Made by a program: the position numbers and the translations under genes. Below the pieces are notes generated by a model. The model had not been told where the DNA came from. It saw only the letters and a list, made by a program, of their open reading frames with translations, and did no database searches. This document shows positions 60,844-64,000 of a stretch of 64,000 nucleotides of DNA, in pieces; position 1 is the stretch's first letter; every line of letters starts with the position of its first letter. Source of the DNA: Candidatus Contendobacter sp. (GTDB lineage Bacteria > Pseudomonadota > Gammaproteobacteria > Competibacterales > Competibacteraceae); the NCBI GenBank assembly GCA_031732755.1, contig JAVMKI010000081.1:228-64227 (forward strand). The letters are read 5' to 3'.

Positions 60844-63081
60844 TCAAGCGATAGGTGGTGACGACGCGGGCTTGCGCTTGAACCAGCGCCAGATTCGACG
60901 CCAGCGGGATTTGCCGACTGCATTTTCGCTGGCTGTGGCAGCGGGTTCAGCCGCCCTTGGACCGGTGTCGAGGTGCGCATGGAGCAGGCGAACGGCAGCG
61001 GCTTCGCTCTCCTCGTATTTCTTTACCGTATCCGCGTAGTAACCCCCACCCTTGTAGACCTTCAGGCGGTTGACGACCACCCCGAACACTTGGGGATACG
61101 CCTTCTCCAGCAAGCGGGCCGCTCGTCCGAGTTCATCCGGCAGGACATGCTGGGCGCTAACCAGCAGCAGCAGCACATCGGCATAGCGCGCCATGAATTC
61201 GGTGTCCGCCGACAGCAGTACCGGCGGCGTGTCCAGCAGGATCACATCGTAGCGCTCCAGCAGCGGATCGAGGGTTTGCGGGAACCGGTCATAGAACGGT
61301 AGATGGCGTTGCACCGCCAACCCAACCGGGATGCGGTCCGGCAACGTTCCTTGCGCCGGAACGATCACCGAGTCTAGGGCGACTTCACCGTTCAACAGAT
61401 CGATCAGGCCCGGCGCCAGCGAATCCGCGAGATAACGATCATCGGGTTGCAGGGCGTTGGCCTCGACCACGATCACCCGCAGGCCATCGCGCGCGAATTC
61501 CCGCGCCAGGTCCAGCAGCAGATCGGTGACGCCGCTGCCGGCCTTGACCGCCGTGAGCGCGATCCGCCGGGCGCCCCGCTGACGTTCCTCGCGGCTCAGC
61601 GCCAACATCAGCCGCCGCATCTGATCGCCCCAGACCAGTCGGTTCTCCACCGCCTGCTTGTCGAGCAAGGCGGCGACCGGCGCAAACCCCAGCAAGCGAT
61701 GCACCTGGGCGGCGGTCTTGATGCGCTTATCCAGAAGATCGATCCCGATGGGCACGATCAGGCCCAAACCGATGGCCGCCACCAGCGCTAGCGCCACCAT
61801 TTTCTTCGGCCCGCCGCCGATGGGATAGTCGGGCGGCAACGCCGCCGACTGGATGCGCAGAAATCCCGGCGCCTCGGTTTCCAGGGTCAGAAAATCGATA
61901 CGTTCGTTCACCGCGTCCAACTGCAAACGAATCCGCTGGAGATTCTGGGTCAGCGTCAGCCCTTCATTGTAGTTGCCAATGAACCAGTTGGCGCGCTCCT
62001 GCACCTTCTGCTGGTCGGCGGCTAGGGCCCGTTCGATTTGGCGGGCTTCGCGCACCGCCGTCCGCCGCTGTTCCAGCAACTGAGTGCGGGTGTTGTTGGT
62101 GAGGGTCTCGGCGTAAACCCGAACATCCTCGTCCAGATCCTTCAGCTTGCGCTCGGCCACGGCGCGCAGCGGATGCTGCGGCGACAACCCGCTGATTTCG
62201 TTGAGCAGGTCGCCACGTTTCGCCCACAGATGATACTTGAGGCTGTTGAGCCCGCTGTCGTTGGCCACGATTTGCGCCACCGCCGCATCCAGCGCCATTT
62301 TCGACGCCGACCCCTTGGCCGGGTCGTAGGCGTCGAACGCCGCCTGCACCTCGGCCAGCTTGCGCTGGGCTGTGTTCAGCGCGACTCCGCTCTCCTGCAA
62401 CAAGCGCTCGTAGGGATTGTTCTGGGCGTTCTCATCAAAAGCGGCCACCCCCAGTTGCTCGGCTAATTCGGCGCGGCGCTGGGCTTTTTCCCCCGCTTCC
62501 CGGGCCAAATCCGCCTGGCGCGCCCGTAGGTTCGCCAGCCGCTCATCGCTGGCATACAGATCCTCTTTCTTGGCGGCCTCAAGGAAAACGCGCAGATAAA
62601 TGTTGAGTGTTTCCGCCAGGCCCTCGGCCTGACCGCCCCCGAGCGTGACGCCGATCAGATAGGTATTCTTGATGGCGCGGGCGCTGACCGCCGCCCTCAA
62701 CCGCAATGCCGCTCGATGTTCGCTGACGCCTGGCGGTTGCCAGACCGCCCGGTATTTGCCCAACTGGCGCAAGGCTTCCAGCGCAATGTCGTACCGGTTG
62801 AGGTTACGGACCTGTTGCTCGACGTATTGCAGATATTGAGTGTTGGACTGGAATTCCAATTCCTGGTCGCTCTTGAGCACCTTGGCGAACCGGGGCGCGA
62901 CATAGATCGCCGCATTCACTTCGTAGCTATAGCCCGGCGATACATACCAGGCCAGTGGCGCTCCAATGGAAGCCATCAATAGCATGATGGCCAGCACCAG
63001 CCGCTTGCGTTCGCGCAGGCTGACCAGCGGCATGAATGTGCCGCTGGGCGGTAACGGTTGCGCGGGGACTGCATCGGTCAT
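60844..63081 (-). CDS. wzc: Wzc-like polysaccharide co-polymerase with degenerate tyrosine-kinase domain
   Basis: Two TMs flanking a coiled-coil periplasmic region; P-loop region TAVKAGSGVT, Walker B ILLDTPP, Tyr-rich YKGGGYY...Y. Confidence 0.85.
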   Translation of the reverse strand: MTDAVPAQPLPPSGTFMPLVSLRERKRLVLAIMLLMASIGAPLAWYVSPGYSYEVNAAIYVAPRFAKVLKSDQELEFQSNTQYLQYVEQQVRNLNRYDIALEALRQLGKYRAVWQPPGVSEHRAALRLRAAVSARAIKNTYLIGVTLGGGQAEGLAETLNIYLRVFLEAAKKEDLYASDERLANLRARQADLAREAGEKAQRRAELAEQLGVAAFDENAQNNPYERLLQESGVALNTAQRKLAEVQAAFDAYDPAKGSASKMALDAAVAQIVANDSGLNSLKYHLWAKRGDLLNEISGLSPQHPLRAVAERKLKDLDEDVRVYAETLTNNTRTQLLEQRRTAVREARQIERALAADQQKVQERANWFIGNYNEGLTLTQNLQRIRLQLDAVNERIDFLTLETEAPGFLRIQSAALPPDYPIGGGPKKMVALALVAAIGLGLIVPIGIDLLDKRIKTAAQVHRLLGFAPVAALLDKQAVENRLVWGDQMRRLMLALSREERQRGARRIALTAVKAGSGVTDLLLDLAREFARDGLRVIVVEANALQPDDRYLADSLAPGLIDLLNGEVALDSVIVPAQGTLPDRIPVGLAVQRHLPFYDRFPQTLDPLLERYDVILLDTPPVLLSADTEFMARYADVLLLLVSAQHVLPDELGRAARLLEKAYPQVFGVVVNRLKVYKGGGYYADTVKKYEESEAAAVRLLHAHLDTGPRAAEPAATASENAVGKSRWRRIWRWFKRKPASSPPIA

Positions 63082-64000
63082 TGGCTGACTGCGTTGGCCG
63101 CGATGGATTGCACGCTGAGCAGCAGGGCGAACGGATTGATCTGACTGAGCCAGTAACCTACCGTAGCGATGCCGCTGCGCGGCACGTATACGATGTCGCC
63201 TTCCTCCAGCGCCACGTTCAGAGTGCGATCCGGGACCAGCACATCGTCCAGCGCGACTTCCTGGTTCAGGCCCTGACTAGGCCGAATCAGGTGAATTTTG
63301 TCGGTATTGGCGCGAATGCTTGGGCCGCCGGCCTGACCCAGTGCATCCAGAAACGACATTTTCGGCGTCAACCGATAAACGCCGGGCTTGTTGACCTCGC
63401 CCAGGACGTACACCGTCGTGTCGTAGGCATCGGGGATGTAGACGATGTCATTGCGCTTAAGCGGGATGTTCAGCGACAGATCGCCATTGAGCAGGCGCTT
63501 AAGGTCCAGCCAGAGAATTTTGTCGCCACGCAGCACCGCGCAGCGGGTCAACACCTGCTCGGGACGCAGAATCGGAAACCCGCCCGCCCGCGACAATACC
63601 TCGATCAGCGAGGGATTACCCTCGAAATGCACCACCCCCGGCCGCTCGACCCGCCCTAGCACCACCACTCGGTTACTGGTGTATTCGTCGATGCGCACGG
63701 TGACATAGATCGACAGATAATAGGTGGACAGGGCGCGTTTGATGAGGTCAGCGGCCTGATCGCGGTTGGTGTCGAGGATGCTGATCGTACCGGCGAACGG
63801 CAGGGTAATGTTGCCATCCGGCCCCACCGTGTGCTGGCCCGACAATTCAGGCCGTCCGGCGATGATGACGGTGATCTTGTCGCCCGGCCCGAGCAGATAC
63901 TGCTTGGGGACCTCGGACTCGAATTCCCGCACGATCGCGTCACTCGAAAAAGTCGCCCGTTTTTCGGGAACCTCGAACCGCGCTGGAACTTCCCGGATCT
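63078..64000 (-). CDS. wza: Polysaccharide export (OPX/Wza-like) protein, 5' partial
   Basis: YLLGPGDKI, VGPDG.I.LPFAG, SLBB repeats VLG.V..PG, GDIVYVP; frame open to the window edge. Confidence 0.9.
   Translation of the reverse strand, partial: IREVPARFEVPEKRATFSSDAIVREFESEVPKQYLLGPGDKITVIIAGRPELSGQHTVGPDGNITLPFAGTISILDTNRDQAADLIKRALSTYYLSIYVTVRIDEYTSNRVVVLGRVERPGVVHFEGNPSLIEVLSRAGGFPILRPEQVLTRCAVLRGDKILWLDLKRLLNGDLSLNIPLKRNDIVYIPDAYDTTVYVLGEVNKPGVYRLTPKMSFLDALGQAGGPSIRANTDKIHLIRPSQGLNQEVALDDVLVPDRTLNVALEEGDIVYVPRSGIATVGYWLSQINPFALLLSVQSIAANAVSQ

Noticed and set aside
63078-63200. Possible short OPX of the composite OPX/beta-barrel export type
   Set aside because: The C-terminus has an amphipathic helix (GYWLSQINPF) like the Wza membrane-spanning helix, and no beta-barrel partner is visible; the upstream region is outside the window.

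Overview
A GC-rich gammaproteobacterial chromosome segment. The gene style and the hisBHAFIE-tatABC order look Chromatiales/Competibacteraceae-like, which is an inference I could not check. The left ~37 kb is mostly housekeeping: a 5'-truncated hybrid sensor kinase, trpE, dgkA, gcvPB, tpx, tex, tatABC, hisBHAFIE, valS, ubiC/ubiA, dut, algC, argB and tpm. Two accessory patches interrupt it. One is a secreted double beta-propeller/DUF5648-like gene inserted between hisF and hisI. The other (~24.8-29.7 kb) holds a divergent agmatinase / pyruvoyl-dependent arginine decarboxylase pair, an IS1380 remnant, a pseudogene and a mosaic pentapeptide-repeat gene. The right ~26 kb (37.7-64 kb, continuing past the edge) is a Wzx/Wzy-dependent exopolysaccharide locus. 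Its most unusual part is an apparent thiotemplated acylation module: one low-GC gene fusing an adenylation domain, a phosphopantetheine carrier domain and a multi-pass AT3-like membrane acyltransferase. It is accompanied by an Sfp-type PPTase inside the glycosyltransferase operon, a hotdog thioesterase and a membrane-anchored SGNH protein. The locus also has one intact and two catalytically degenerate phosphoglycosyl-transferase domains in three adjacent genes, and a Wzc whose Walker A lysine is lost. I saw no rRNA, tRNA or CRISPR array. All family assignments come from motif recognition by eye; no database searches were run.
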